A stretch of DNA of 64,000 nucleotides from the human T2T-CHM13v2.0 reference genome, Homo sapiens, in NCBI RefSeq assembly GCF_009914755.1, contig NC_060927.1. One strand, 5' to 3'. Position numbers and translations under genes: made by a program. Under the pieces are notes generated by a model, which saw only the letters and a program-made list of their open reading frames with translations, was not told the origin of the DNA and ran no database searches. Each line of letters opens with the position of its first letter. Within the stretch, counting starts at the first letter, position 1. Of this stretch, positions 1-14,916 are shown in pieces.

Positions 1-293
<293 letters not shown>

Positions 294-1390
294 TGAATTT
301 TAAGGGATGTATTTTTATGAGTTAATTTAACATGTTAATTTTTTCCTATGGAAGATGTTATCTCTTAGCTGTAAAGTGAAGAGATTGTATCCAATATCAT
401 CCAAGTGCTATTAAATAACATTGAATAAGGCCCTCATTTACTAATTGAGATTAAATGAAAAGATATTCAGTGTAAATTAAGAGAATAGCTATTACATGTA
501 CATATTTTGTTGTCATTTATTTTGTTTATTAGAACAAAAGAGTTTAATATTTTTAAAATGTTGAGATTTCCATCTCCATCTAGAAGGGGAATAAAAAACC
601 AGTATTCTCAGAGACCAAGAAAAAAACAAAAACAAAACAATACCCAAACCCTCTACATATTATAATTTGGGCATGATGTCTCAATTTTTATGATTCTGAA
701 TAACAGGGTTAAGCATTCAGAGCTATATTGGGCGGGCTTTTCTCCAAGTCCACCCAAAACAGGAAGATGATTGTCATATTCACAGCTTTAGATAAACTGT
801 AATATAAAGTGATTTGCATTGAGAGTGATTATATATCCAATTTAGAGATGCACAGTTCATGAATGGAACACATCATGGGACCCTAATTCCCTTTTGGAGC
901 ACAAAATGATAATTAAAAGACAAATCACACTAAAAAGAATTTTATATTTACATATCACTAGATAAGGTCAGTTTATAGGCTTTGGCCATCTTAATGCAGT
1001 TTATTATCTCTGGAAGGCTACCTTAAAAATCAGGATGGTTGTATCTATCTAGAATAGATAGATCAAAACAAATGGAAAGATTTGCCCCATTTGAAAAACC
1101 ACTCTTTAAATGCATGCTGGGAATTCTAGTGACCTAAAAGGAAGATCACTTAGAATGCTTAGATGAAGGGTGAGCTTTGTCTTGCAATAGCTATGTTACC
1201 CAAGGCAAATCAGCCAACTACTCAGAGAAAGAGTATTCCCATGTGGAAAATGCTATGCTAACTAAATTTAACATAAGGTTACCCTGTTGAATAAGCATGA
1301 TCAGATTCTCTACTCCTCACTGTGGGAAAACACGTGCAGTGAGGTGTGCTACTTCAGCAAGAATGCACTAAACAATATTAGGCTGCTTGC

Positions 1391-1700
1391 GGCCGGTCGC
1401 GGTGGCTCACGCCTGTAATCCCAGCACTTTGGGAGACCGAGGCGGGAGGATCACCTGGTCAGGAGATCGAGACCGTCCTGGCTAACATGGTGAAACTCCG
1501 TCTCTACTAAAAATACAAAAAAATTAGCCGGGCCTGGCGGCAGACACCTGAAGTCCGAGCTACTCGGGAGGCTGTGGCAGGAGAATGGCGTGAACCCAGG
1601 AGGCGGAGCTTGCAGTGAGCCAAGATCGCACCACTGCACTCCAGCCTGGGCAACAGAGCGAGACTCCGTCTCAAACAACAACAACAACAACAACAACACC
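1391..1700 (+). mobile_element. AluY-like with (AAC)n tail
   Basis: GAGATCGAGACC, GAATGGCGTGAACC, GGAGCTTGCAG; degenerate TSD ACAATATTAGGCTGCTTGC / ACAATATTACACTGTTTGC. Confidence 0.9.
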
Positions 1701-4334
1701 CCACAATATTACACTGTTTGCAAGAGTGACTGTACACTCATAAGCATTCAAAATCCTGTCGGGAAATGGAGAAACACTATGTTTAAGAAAATGTTTTGAA
1801 TATCTTGAAAAAGGGTATAAATGCAAGATGCTGTTGTTGTTTTGAGTATTGTTGTCTGTTATAAGCTGCCCTTAGTGGATCAGGATTGCATGGTGAGAAA
1901 AAGGTCCAGCTGAACACTGCCTGACTTGATTTAACGAGGACAAATTCAATAAAGTGAAAGTCCAATATGAAGACGTGGAAACAAGTACATACCCACTCAG
2001 AATTCAATCTCCAAATTACATACAGTTATTGTTGACTTATTCGTTTGTGGAATGATATTTAATGTAGCAGAAGCCATTTCTGAAATATGTCCAGGTTGGT
2101 TCAGAATTACTTTGATTTTTTCCTTTGAAGATATAGTAAGACAAAGGATGATGAATAATGAAGGGATTAGGGGATTACAAGGGCAAGGTAGAAATTCAGG
2201 TGATTGTGAAGTCAATGGAGATGAATGGAAAAACTAGGATACGCTTTGAACGCGATTCATCAGAGTTCAGTTTCTTCAATCTCTAATAGCCCACTCTAGC
2301 AGCGTTTATATTTGAAGGGAAGCCAGATGCATTCGAGTAAATGTGATTATCCAACAAACTGGCTACAATGGAATCCAATAAGAATTGTTTTTGTACGTTA
2401 CCAACATCTATATCAAAAAATAATACAAATAACCATGGCTCTTCCAGACCTGATTACTCAGAGAATTATAAAACATTCTGCTGCTTTACTTTTATGTCTT
2501 GTACTTTGTTTTAGGCTGCAATAAGAGTAAAATTTTTGATACCTCGAGCCAAATTTCTGATCCTATGATTTAATGAGTGGGACAAGAATATTGAGATGAA
2601 AGTATAACACATTCTTTTTACTTCTAAAACATTAGACCCATTTTCAGTGTGAAAGATAAAGCCAGGAACCCTTCTGGCTACTAGATATCATGCAGCTTTA
2701 TTTTTACTCCAGTCCTTCAGCTACAGGGGAAAAAAGAGAGTGAGGGAAAAAAAGGGAAAAGCCAAATAATATAACTGTATTTCATTTTCAATTCTCTGCT
2801 TTGGGGGAAGAGGGGAAGAGAGTATTAGTCAGTGTTTAGACTGTAGTTTTTTTTTTCTCTTAAACATATATACAAAAAATATCCCAACACCTTTCTGATT
2901 GATAAAGTGAATAAGGTTAGAATGAAAAGTAGGAAGTATTTTTCAATCATACCATTTTCTTTTAAAACAACGACAACCCTATATGGGACACTGAGGCCTT
3001 AGCCTATGTGATCAGGTCATAACAACTGAATAGATTAAGAGAGGAGAATGTCCTTACTCCTTAGAAATGGGTGTTTCTTTCCTGCTTCTCTTCCACAACT
3101 GTCACAATAAAGCTGAATTTTAAACAATTGTAAACAAAGCATTTGAGCCCATGAGAGAAAAATTTTCAAGACAAAACCAAAAGCCACAAGAGCCAAATCT
3201 GTTACAGTATAATGTGGATCAAGAAATTGTTTAGATAAACCCCAAAAGATATATAACATTTAATTTGACAGCTTTTCCAGGAAAACAACCTCATTGATTT
3301 AGGTTTTAGTATGCTAACACAATTCTGGAGAATTCAGGCCATAAGTATATTATTAGTTGAACTGAAAGAAAGGTAACTGCTGTTTTAATTTTAAAGGATA
3401 TTGCAAAGGTTAGTGGTATGTTTTTATGGGCATAACATGCACAATTACGGCAGGCGTGATTGGCCAGAGTGGATTATATTTTACACATAATTAGTCTAGA
3501 CATGTGTTGGTGCCACTTAGTAGAGGAGAGTGTGGCTAGTTTGCTAGCACTTGCTTCAGCTTTGGCATATTCATTTTTAAAAAGTATTTGCCTTTGATTT
3601 TTCATAGTAAAGCAGTTTTTGTAATAATATTGGGTAAATAAATATTTTCCAAAGCTATATGTTATATTAAGTAATTTATGTCATTATTGATTTTTTTTCC
3701 AGTAGTAAGAAAGTTAATAGTTGGAATTGTATGTAGTTGCCATAGTAACGCACACAAGTCTATTTTTCTTGAAGTGGAGGCACGCAATTAATCTTTTTTT
3801 AACCTATTTTACTATGAGAACGTCCACAGAATGCAATAACAGATCTGTAGTCCTAATAATTTTTATCATTTTTTTTACTGCAACTGTCTAAATAATCTTT
3901 TCAGATTAAAAATGTTAATTAGTAGAGTTGTTTCAAATTTGAGAATAAATAAACATATTTTCTGTGAAAAAAAAAAGCTTCCAAAATATTCAGGGTCCTT
4001 TTGTATTATTTTACATTTTATGGAGTTCATTAACGTTCCACCCAAACAAATTTTAAATATGTGAGTCTTTTATTACTTTTACATTATGCATTTACTTAAA
4101 ATGAAAATGACGTTCAACTTAAGGTGGCAAGTGTAACATGGCTCCAGAATATATTAACATATTTTATTTTTATATCATGTATTATTCAGCTTAAATTTGC
4201 ATGTGCATATGTCTCTATTTCTGTGTTAATGTGTAGTTTTCTCTCACAAAAACTACTCCCAGTATTCATCAATTAATGTTAAATGAGGTTTTTAATGTTT
4301 TTGATAAGCTGATGTTAATCTATATTTCTAAAAC

Positions 4335-4668
4335 AGGGTCACAAAATTAACTAGCTATATGAATCAGCCAGGCAATGAAAATCAGTGAAATGGTCCAGAT
4401 GGAAGACGACAACGAGGAATGTGGTCTGGAAATCAGATGCCCAGGAGAAAGGTGGCAGCTCCACCTTGAACTCCCATGAGTACTGATGTATGCAATGTGC
4501 ATCCAAACTTTTCCTGATTTTTAAGAGAAGTCAGAATTTTGAATGTTGACATAAAATCTGTTTGCATATAAATCTAGGAAACCAAAGCAATCGAATTTTT
4601 GAAAAATACACCAGGAAGGGTCAGAATCATCTGCAGTTTTCATCTGGATCACCAGCTGTCATTCTGCA
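4335..4668. mobile_element. Ancient hAT-Charlie DNA transposon relic (MER103-like)
   Basis: CAGGGTCACAAA start and TTTTTAAGAGAAGTCAGAA core resemble the recalled consensus; highly diverged. Confidence 0.4.
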
Positions 4669-6134
4669 TATCCTACTTACCTCAAGGGGCAGCTTCAGTC
4701 TTGGAAACAGAAAATCCTAAGATGTTGTTGCCACTTGATCCAACTGGAAAATACTGGCGTTTACATTCTTGTTTTACAGATGCAGAAAGCAATATTTAAC
4801 TGATCAGCTGCCACTCACATCATGAATCAGAAGCAGCCTTAAAAGAAAGGATCCCTTCTTGCTATTTTGAAGGTGAAATATGATCTTCTATCTAGTGACT
4901 GAAATTGTATGTTGAGATGAACGAGGGCCTCAGGGGTTGGGTAATCATTGAGGAATAACGAAATACTTTGGACTTGAGCTATGTGGGTAGCCGATTGAAT
5001 TATGCAAGGGAACTTTGGTGGCAGAGGCTATGTAGAGAGACAGGACAGAGAATGTCCAGTAACACCGTTGTTACCTTAGATTCTATGTTATGCATTGGAA
5101 TTATCATGGTCCCACGGCTTTATTAAGTAAGTCACTTCAAAAAGCAACAGTTTTGCAATAAGAAGTCTTGGAAATGCCAGGCTAGAGTTTGTGGTGGCCA
5201 CTGGGTATAGGGGACAAGAAGGAAGGAAAAGCGAAGAGAGAGAGTGGAGGGAACACCACATGTGGCACAGTTCCAGAAGTCCCTATGCTGGCCCTGGGTA
5301 GAGGTGGCATCTGCCACTACTACCTCTTTTTTTTGCTCTTCCATCTCCTCTGATTTGTATAAAACCAGCCTGATATATCACTTCATAACAGAGTTATGAA
5401 AAAAGATCTGTGGAATCCCAACCTTTGAAGCCTACCCTCCCTTTACTCTAAAGGTCAGTCAAGGGAGTACATGGAGATATCTGACAAAATATTAATAGAA
5501 TGTGAATTGTTAGAGTGGGACTAATTCAGCCATATGATTGAGCTTCACTAAATTTCTTAAGGTCAGGAGTGAGGGCTTTGTTAAAGAAAATATTTTAAAG
5601 TAGCCTCAGTAACATATTAGAAAATGTGATAAATTTGGATTTTGTGGTCATAAATTTGCCTTGAAGCTCTGTCATTTTTTTAACAACTGGGTGACACAGA
5701 GCAAGTCATATAGCTTCTTGTGCTCTTTTATGATAACTATATATCTTCAGACGCATAGGTCATGAGTTTTTTGTGATTGTTTCTGAAATATCTTTTTTCT
5801 TCTGTGAAAATAAAACTATGCCTATTATTAAGAAAAGATAACTTCATTATCTAATCTGAACTATTATATTAGAATGACTGCCACAAAGAACAATGCCATG
5901 TTTCAGATATTTTAAAAAATTTATAGGAACATATAAAAATCTAGCAGAGAAATGAACTCACAATAAAAATCAGACTACAATAAATAAATCATATAATACT
6001 ATGCCAGACCATAAATTACTAAAGCGATTTAATGAAACAAAGCAACTTCTAAAATAGTTAATATTCTTTAACAATTTTATACTGTATATCCATAAAATAT
6101 AAGCTGTACTTCTTACAAAAAGCATAACTTAAAA

Positions 6135-6670
6135 AAAATTCTAAATTTGAAATAAATTTAGATGTACAAAAGGAAAACAAAGAAGTTGCAAACGTAATAT
6201 GTAGATTTCCCATGTATACTTTACTTCTCCAAATGTCTTACATAGACATAGTACAATTTAACAAAATCAGATAATTATGATTTAGCCATACTATTAACTG
6301 ATTTTCACATTCTATTCAAAATTTTCCAGTTGTTCCACTAATATCCTCTTTCTAGGCCTGTATCCCATCAAGGATCTTATATTGCTATAAGTTTCATGTC
6401 TCCTTAGGCACCTCCAATGAAAAGAATTTCTTAATTTTTCTTTGTCTTTGTGTCACTTTATCTTTCAAGAGTACTGGACAATTATTTTTTAGAATTTTTC
6501 TCTATTTGGCCTTGTTTGAGAATTGTTATGATTTGGTTGAGGTATTACTGGCCAGAGCACCCTAGAAGTGATTGTTGTGTCCTTTCTGGTTCATCATATT
6601 AGGAGGTACATGAAGTCAACATGCCTCATTTCTGTTTACTTTAACTTTGATCTCTTGGTTAAGGTAACCT
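6135..6670 (-). mobile_element. Old L1 (L1MC-like) 3' fragment
   Basis: AGAAGTTGCAAA...TTCCCATGTATAC...GTTGTTCCACTAATATCC resembles an L1MC 3' UTR in antisense. Confidence 0.55.
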
Positions 6671-7784
6671 TTATTTTTAACCATCTAAGTAAATGAAAAT
6701 TATCAACATTTCGGTTTTCTTTAAAAAAAATTTAGCAGTACATATATCTCTTAATTAGATGCCACCTGAAATTGAGCCTAACATAAATTATAATAATTCA
6801 CCCTCACTAGATAGTGGATTCTAATAAAGTATCATTGTACATTTTGGTATGCTTATTAAAAGTTAATAATAGTATAAAATAAAAACATTAATTCTTCCTA
6901 TACTTTGATTTGTTGTTATTGTTTATATGGAAATGAAATATAACCTTAGCTACATTATGGAGAAATTTAAATTTAATTTATAAGGTTTAATATGGCTTTA
7001 GTAAAAGAATATCGTGACATATGAGAAGTATTTGCATAGAAATTTTCTTTGTTAATTCTGCTTATTAAGATGGTTTCAGAGCTGTGATATCCATTTCACT
7101 ATTAAAATGTGACTTACGACTAGTAATTTCTTAGGTGTTCTGTAACAAATCAATAAAAGTTCAGTAACGTTTTCTTCTATCTTCTTTGATCCTCCTAGCA
7201 TCTCTGATGATATTCCCCAAATCATAAAGCAGGCTTTCAGACATTTTCAGGGCATTGATACAACGCCCCCTGAAGGTGTTTCCTATGGTTTTAATTTGCA
7301 GCTGCTTCATAGACTCATGAGGGCTATGTCCCATTTCCCCAGGGAGAGTATCTCCTCATCTTGCAGTTGGAGAGATGGTGCTTATTATATTTAGAGATAA
7401 AAACAGTAAAACAGAAGTTTGTCTTTAAAAGAAAGCATTGATAGCCCATTTTAATGCTTGGCCTTTCAAGACAAGAACTAAATAAAACATTTTGTTATAA
7501 CCACTGAATTTCCACATTGGCAAAGTTCTTTCTGTATCTTCCATAATAATTAATTAGAAAGAATGAAGTTATGATGCAGAAGCCAATCTGATTAAAGTGA
7601 ATTGAGGTTGGATTTTTTTTTTTTACACAGCTCTCAAACAGCTAACCAGTAATAGTCTAGCATGTCTCTTCAGTCTGAGACTCCTCAAAAACCAGTGCTT
7701 GTTTATTGACATTTGTTAAGGACTGAGTAGACTGAACATATATGCATAGCTGTAGGGGTCTGGGAATAAAATAAGACAGGTGTT

Positions 7785-8023
7785 TGTAGCAATTTACAAA
7801 GCACTTTTATATACCCTTATCATTGATATCATCACATTATTCTTTGCAACAGCAATCAGGGGGAGATTTTACTACTGCTATATTACAGAGAAGGAAACTG
7901 AATGTCTGAGTGAGAAAATTATTGGCTAAAAATTACAAAATTATTTAAGAGATATCCTTGAGACTTAAACCCAAATCATCTAACAGGAAAAACTGCCATA
8001 TTTCCATTACACTACCCTGCCTC
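7785..8023 (-). mobile_element. MIR
   Basis: TTACAGAGAAGGAAACTGA core, ending ACTACCCTGCCTC. Confidence 0.65.
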
Positions 8024-8129
8024 TTTTATAGAAGTCATGTTCAGGTTACAGAATAGGGCTCTGAAAATTCTTTAGACATCTTCAAATGAGATTGACTATG
8101 GAAATGGATTAGATTGTGTTGAATTTACA

Positions 8130-9265
8130 TCTCTGTCTTCAGATGACTCTCACATTTATATCTCCCATTGAGATCTTTCTTCGAAGCTACAGAACCACAT
8201 ACCCAATTGCCCACTTGATATCTTCCTGTGTATGTCTCAAAGATATCTCAAAATTATCATATCCCAAACTATCAACCCCCTTCCAAATCCCACCAAATCT
8301 TGAGTGCATCCCCTCTCAGTGAATATCACATCACATCATGTACATTGCTATAAACGCTAGAAACAAGGAGGAAACATTGACATATCCCTCTCCCTCCTTC
8401 TCTTCTTCCCTCACCGTAGCCAACATATCATGCAAATCCTGACAATTTTCACTCCTAATTTTTTTCAAGTCTGTACTCTTTCCACATCTCCATTTTGATC
8501 ATCCTAAACCAGATGATCATCATCACGGCCTGGACTCCTGCCATAGCTTCATATTTGGAACTCCCACACCCATTCTGGCCTTTCTCCAAAACATTTTCCA
8601 CTCTCTGGATGGAAGGCTTTTTTTTTTAATGCAAATTTGATCATACTAAAAACACTCCACTGGCTTTTCATTACTCTTTAGATATATCCAAGATCAAATC
8701 CTTAACATGGCTTATAAAACCTTGAATTGTTTGGCACCTGCCTAATTTTCCAACATCACTTTATATCAATCCAAAAGAAACCCACAATTCCCAGGCTACC
8801 TCCCACAATGGTAACTGCCCATCATCCTCCCTGGCTTTCTTCTTTACCTTGAGCAGGTTAGTTTCCATTGCACCTCAGGATTTTAGCAAACCCTGCACTT
8901 CTGCTTGGCATATTCTCCTTTGCCACTAACTTTTACCTGTTTAATTTCTATTATTTTTTCTTGGATCCCAGTATAATTGTCCCTTCTTCAAGGGAGTCTC
9001 CGAGACCTTGCAGATGTGGTCATATCCTCCCTCTAATAGGTCTGTGGACCTGTACCTTGAACCTTGTACCCACTATTCACAGTTATAATTATCAATCATT
9101 TCCACGAATCATTGAATGCCTATCTGCACCTCTCAAGTGTGATTTCCATGAAAGCTGAAATGTTGTTTCTCTTGCTTGGCTCACCTTTACACCTCCTCTC
9201 CATCTACTATCACCCCTAACCAAGCAACCAAGTCACATTTGATGAAAGGATGAGTATATGAATAC
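8130..9265 (+). mobile_element. L2 fragment (3' part)
   Basis: GATGACTCTCACATTTATATCTC, CTGGACTCCTGCCATAGC, ATCCTTAACATGGC; pyrimidine-rich L2 pattern ending in a TGAAT-type tail. Confidence 0.65.
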
Positions 9266-9928
9266 CATTTTCCCTGGGCCTTGTCATTTAGCTGAGGAAA
9301 TCCATGTTCCAATGCAGGAAGAGAGGACTCCTATTGTTGGGCCAGGTTCAGTAAAATATTTATCCCAAGTAGTGAGTATAGAATATTAGAGAGAGAGTGA
9401 AGTGTAATCCTGTAGGAAGCAAAAGTCAAAAGTCAGAAGACTAGTAAGCAGGTATTAACAAATGAGGGCAAGATGAGGTTATAAACTAGGCTGAGATTCA
9501 AACCCAGGACGTCTGGTGATGAGATTAAAAATCTCATTATCATTAGGCCTGGTCAACCAATGCTTTGTTCCTTTTTGAGGCTTTTTGGTAATAGCTTCAT
9601 AGTTTTTGCTTTGGAGAACTACTCCTTCTATATTTCAGGCTGCCTTGGAAGGGTAATGGACCAGAAACAGCCAGACTCTCCCTAGTTTAAGGCCAAACTG
9701 TCTCTCTTGAATTTTTAATCCTGAATGACATGACCCACGTACAAAACATATTTGGAATTAATTCATTCTTTGCATTATGTCCTGAAGTCATGGAGCATTA
9801 ATTCTGCTTACCTAAATACTAGAGTGCCTTGGTTCTTGTTCTTTCTGAGACAGGCTATTTAGGTTTCCCTTGATTCCCATATTCTTCCAATAAATGCTTT
9901 TACCTATTTATCTGTTTTATTTATCAGC

Positions 9929-9948
9929 TATGTATGTATGTATGTATG

Positions 9949-9988
<40 letters not shown>

Positions 9989-10030
9989 ATCTATCTTTTA
10001 TCTATCATCTATCTATCAATCAACTATCTA
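9929..10030. repeat. Compound (TATG)n(TATC)n tetranucleotide microsatellite, probably within an MLT1-type LTR
   Basis: Directly visible. Confidence 0.95.
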
Positions 10031-11034
10031 GGCTTGAGATAGTTAATGCTAGTTTCTGTTGCTTATAGTAATATGCACATTAAAGTCACTGTAGGATTTA
10101 GTCTGTGAATGGATTGCAGGAAATTGATTCACATTTTTGATTAACATCCCAGTTTAAAATAACTGAAAAAGATAAGCTGGGAAGAAAAATATAAATGAAA
10201 TATTAAAAGCATAATTTGAGGGATAAAATACATGCAAAATATGCCTTCTGTGGGAGACAAATTTCTTTCATTAAAAAAACTATAACAAATTAAATTTTTC
10301 TGGCAAGTACACACATTTTATTTTTATATATATTTTAAATGAAATTATAATGAAGGATATATTCAAGCAGATTGACAAAACTGCTTTGACAACTCAAAGG
10401 AATAAAAGTTTAAAGGGAAAAATCAGCCCCCATTATGATGTTCAGTGTCACAGAAAGAGAAGAAGTTCTGGCGGGGTGTCCCCTCAAGCTGAGACAGTGC
10501 CCCCTGACCATGTGGAAAATTGAATTCCTTTTTGTTTTAAATTCTCTTTTCAACTTAAGGATGAAACTTCCAAATAATTCCATTTACTTATCCATCATTT
10601 TTGGGCTTTGAAAAAAAAAACATCTGTATACTCACTTATTTTATCTTAGTCTCTGCTCTAGATGTCATTCCCATTTTGGGAGCTTCCCTATAGAAGTGAG
10701 AGTCCAGAGAACAAAGTGATGCCCTAATGTTAGCTGATGATCCATATTAATAGGCATTTGAAAAGAATAGCACAACAGAAATTGCTGTTTAAATGAATGG
10801 TACCCTGTCTTAAGGACAAAGGCCTCCGGTGACTTCTAGATGAATTCAATATACCTTAATTACTGTGCACTAGAAAAAGTGTATTGTTGATCTTATGGAA
10901 CGAATACTCTCAGAATTTCTGCCCCCTGAAAATCTTCTACAACAAAAGTTCTGATTGTTAGTTATTTGCCTAAAATTGGTTAAAGAGTGACAGTGTTTGC
11001 ATGATTGTTTATTCTTTCTTCCACAATTTTGAAA

Positions 11035-11750
11035 GTCATTCATTCATTAATTCTGCAAGCAGTATTTGGAAACCCACTCTATATCTGGCATCATACCAGA
11101 CACTGCAGTTATGAAGATAACTCAGATAAAGTCTATGTCATCAAGTATGTCAAAGTTTAATTTGGTAGAAAGAAATATACATGATGTATTCAATACGATG
11201 CATTTGGTGACAAGAAACAGAAAATTGGATTCCACTTCATGCATAGTAAAAGAAAATTCAACAGATCAAAAGTGAGAGCAATGCTTCAGATTGCTTTTTA
11301 TCTTTTCTTTCTGTCATACTTAATGTGCTATCTTTTTTCATAGGCTTCTGTGTTCCATAGCATCAAGACGCCTGCAGCACCTCCATGCATATCATCCTCA
11401 CACAATAGTCTTCAAAAGCCAGAAAAGAGAGGGAGAGTCATGGGTCATCACTTTCTCAAGTTTTTAAATTTAATTATTTTAAATTAAGAAAAATTGCTCA
11501 GACATCTTATGACAGGCCTACTTCATTTTTCTTTAGTCAGAATTGTGCCCAATGACCATTTCTAAACCAATTATTAACAAGGACAATGGAGATACTGACT
11601 TGTTTTTCAATAGTCAAAATCTACCTTCTGGTGTTGAAAAGGGAGCCAACATCAACTGAAGTGCATGACTACATGATTCTTGAACAAATATGAATGAAGA
11701 AGAAAGTATGGATTGGGTTTGTGTAGCCAACTGGAAGTCTACTACATGTA
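11035..11750 (-). mobile_element. L2 3' end followed by an MLT1-like LTR relic
   Basis: CATTCATTAATTC...GTATTTGGAAACCCACTCTAT (L2); TTTGGTGACAAGAAACAGAAA (MLT1 terminus). Confidence 0.45.
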
Positions 11751-13394
11751 GAAAATTGTAATTCAAGATGAGTAATGCTGTAAAAGATATATGTACAAGA
11801 TCTATAAAGTTTTATAAAATAATCTAAGAATGAAAAATTTTTTATTTCTAAGTTGATTAGTTATGACTATAAGTGCAAGAAGAATTCACAGAAGGATGAA
11901 AAAAATCTAAAATCCTGGCCAATTCTTGTCAAAGCATAATTTCTTTATTAACAAAAACCTCTTTTCCAGTGGAATGAAAAAACATTAGGGAAAGAGAAAA
12001 GAAGAAACAGGGTTTTTTGCTTTGTTCTATCTCTGAGTCCATATCAGTGGTTAATGTCATGTAACAATCTCTAAAATCTGGTTAAAATTTCTCATGAGTG
12101 TATTATGAAACTTAAATGGGATAAATGTATAAATGTAAGTTGTGAATTTTTAAGTTCCCATACAAATATAATATGTATTCATGCATGTATATATCACACC
12201 TCTCTCTCTGCCCATCCATCTTTTTATCTCATCAACATAGTCAGTCAATGTCACATCTATTTTTACAATATCCTCTTGTTAACTAATGCCATGTACTAAA
12301 TTCACAGTGCTACCTACAGCCAATTCCATCATAATTTTCAGAACATCAAAACTATCAAGAGAATACAAAATCAAAGTGACTTTTCAGCCAGATAGGGCTA
12401 TGACATCTAAATTGTATATTAACAGCTCCATGTTCCACAGACAGGAATGTGAATCTCTGCTGCATTATGGTGCTTTAGAAAGAAATAAGAAGGCACTTTT
12501 CAGGTAATTATGCACTTGTCTTTGCCTTCCCAGTGCAATCTTAAAGTGTGGGGATTTTTTTTTCTAGCAGGCACTGACTTTCCTGTTCATATAATAAATG
12601 CTAGTCAAGGAAATTCTTGTGGAGCGACATGAGGCCATATGTTATGTTTTCAGTCATCCAAGTCCTCAAAATACCTTTTTTTTTTAACATATCTTCTTTC
12701 CCTGATGAGCCAAAGTTGCCTATTGAGATGGTCTTATTCCCCCAATGTAATCTGATAAGAATTGTTAAAGAGACCAAGAATTTACACATGTAAACTGGTT
12801 GCCTATAATAACTGTACAAAAACAACATCAAAAAATCATCCACAGCTTGTTAACTTTCAAATCACATTCTTACCAGAAAAGTTTTCTTTTTTAAAATCTT
12901 GGGCACAGTAGGCTTTTCTTGGGGATGTCTAAGAACTGACACAGGAAAAAAAAGGAGGAAGCTGAATTTGAAGGATATGCAATTTTCATGCCCATGTATT
13001 ATCTTAGATATTAGATTAGTCTTTCAAAAGGTACCTAATCTTATTGAATGAAATCCAGATATCTTCAGTTGTGTTGTAGCCCTTGAAGATTACTGGGAAA
13101 TGAGTCCCTCTTAGTCATCCCGGGTAGCTGGGAACTTGGAAGTGGGAAATAAATTTTTCTTTAGAAAAGAAAGCAATCAGAGAATAGATATATAAATACC
13201 CACTAAAGCCATAGGATGGGATGCATTAACACATTCAAAGACAGTATGAATTATAGGATTTTGTGGTGATGGGATGCTCATTCTTAGAAGTTCATAAAAT
13301 TGAGACCACAGAGCCAAACAGTGGTAATCTTCACCCCAAAAATTGGACTAGTAGAACCCTGGCAGGAAAATTAACCACCAGATGGATGTGGTAG

Positions 13395-13707
<313 letters not shown>

Positions 13708-14379
13708 TAGTTATGTACCATTATTGGACTTCTGACTTTATCAATCAATCAGCAACTCAATCCCAAGGCAATGACCCAAGATACAATCTTACTTTTTATA
13801 GTGGCAACTTTACCAAAGCAAATACTAAGTTGGGAGGACTTGACTGTATGGTTATGTCTCTTCTAGGCATCAACCTATTAGACATTTCCTTTCATACAGG
13901 CTTTGAATTTCTATAGGATATTACACATTGTCTTCTGAAATTGAAGCTTTACTTAAACCCACTTTCATTTCTATATACCTGCAATTCTGCTCTGTGATTT
14001 TATGTTACTTTTTTAGACCTAGAATGCCAATTTTTCCACCTCTGCTTTTTGTTCCTACAAAAAATCGTATCTTCTGTCAATCTAGTTGCACACCAGAATG
14101 AAATCTGGACAATTACAATATCAACTGCAATCAAGACAGCTTTCATTGTTTTATTCATTTTGGACTCCATAATATGTAATTTTCTAGCAAAAATGTGTTT
14201 GTAACTGATTTTTTCCTCCTGATTGTCTCAGTGACCCTAAAGGAGCCCCGCTTAGGACTCAAGTTATCAGGGCCATGTCTTTCTTACTAGGTTACAGTCT
14301 ACTGAAGGTTCTTACACAGCACTATGTGAGTAAAGGTATAGATATTATCAACGTCTTTCACCAAATGCTTAAAAAGTTA

Positions 14380-14865
14380 GGTGTCTTTCAGCTTTCAGCG
14401 ACATACTCAAATAGGCTTAATTCAAGAAGGAATTTAGGGGTTCATGTTTTAAAAAAATTAAGGTGTATTGGCTTCAGGCTCAGGTGTATGCAGATACTTA
14501 AGTAATATTGTTAAAAATCTTTCCGATTTGTTCTCTGTACCTGGCTTTCCAGTTTTTTCCCCTCTACTCATAGGCAGTCTAGTTCCATTGGTAATCCCCA
14601 GTATCTCCAGGCATATATCTTCTTAGCTTTAATAACAGAAAATCTCATCTTTCTAGAGAGATTCAACAAAAGTACACCATAAAGACTCATCGGCTATGAA
14701 TGGCCCAGTCAGATTCACAAGCTCACCCCTGGAATTTGGTATAGATTCAGCCCCAGAATAATCATAGGGTGAGAAAGTGGAGGATGGGTGGATTCTCAAG
14801 AGAATGGAGATTCTGTTACAAAACGGGATGAATAGATGCTAGGAAGTTCATAAGCAGATTTACAC
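14380..14865 (-). mobile_element. MLT1-type (MaLR) LTR relic
   Basis: ACTCAAATAGGCTTAA, TGGCTTCAGGCTCAGG motifs. Confidence 0.4.
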
Positions 14866-14916
14866 CAGCATACTAGACACCATTTCTTTACCACTGTCAA
14901 TTATCCCAGCCACTTT

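Noticed and set aside
7198-7393. Plus-strand acceptor-like site followed by a ~64-codon open frame (ISDDIPQIIKQAF...)
   Set aside because: No recognisable homology, weak donor, and length compatible with chance
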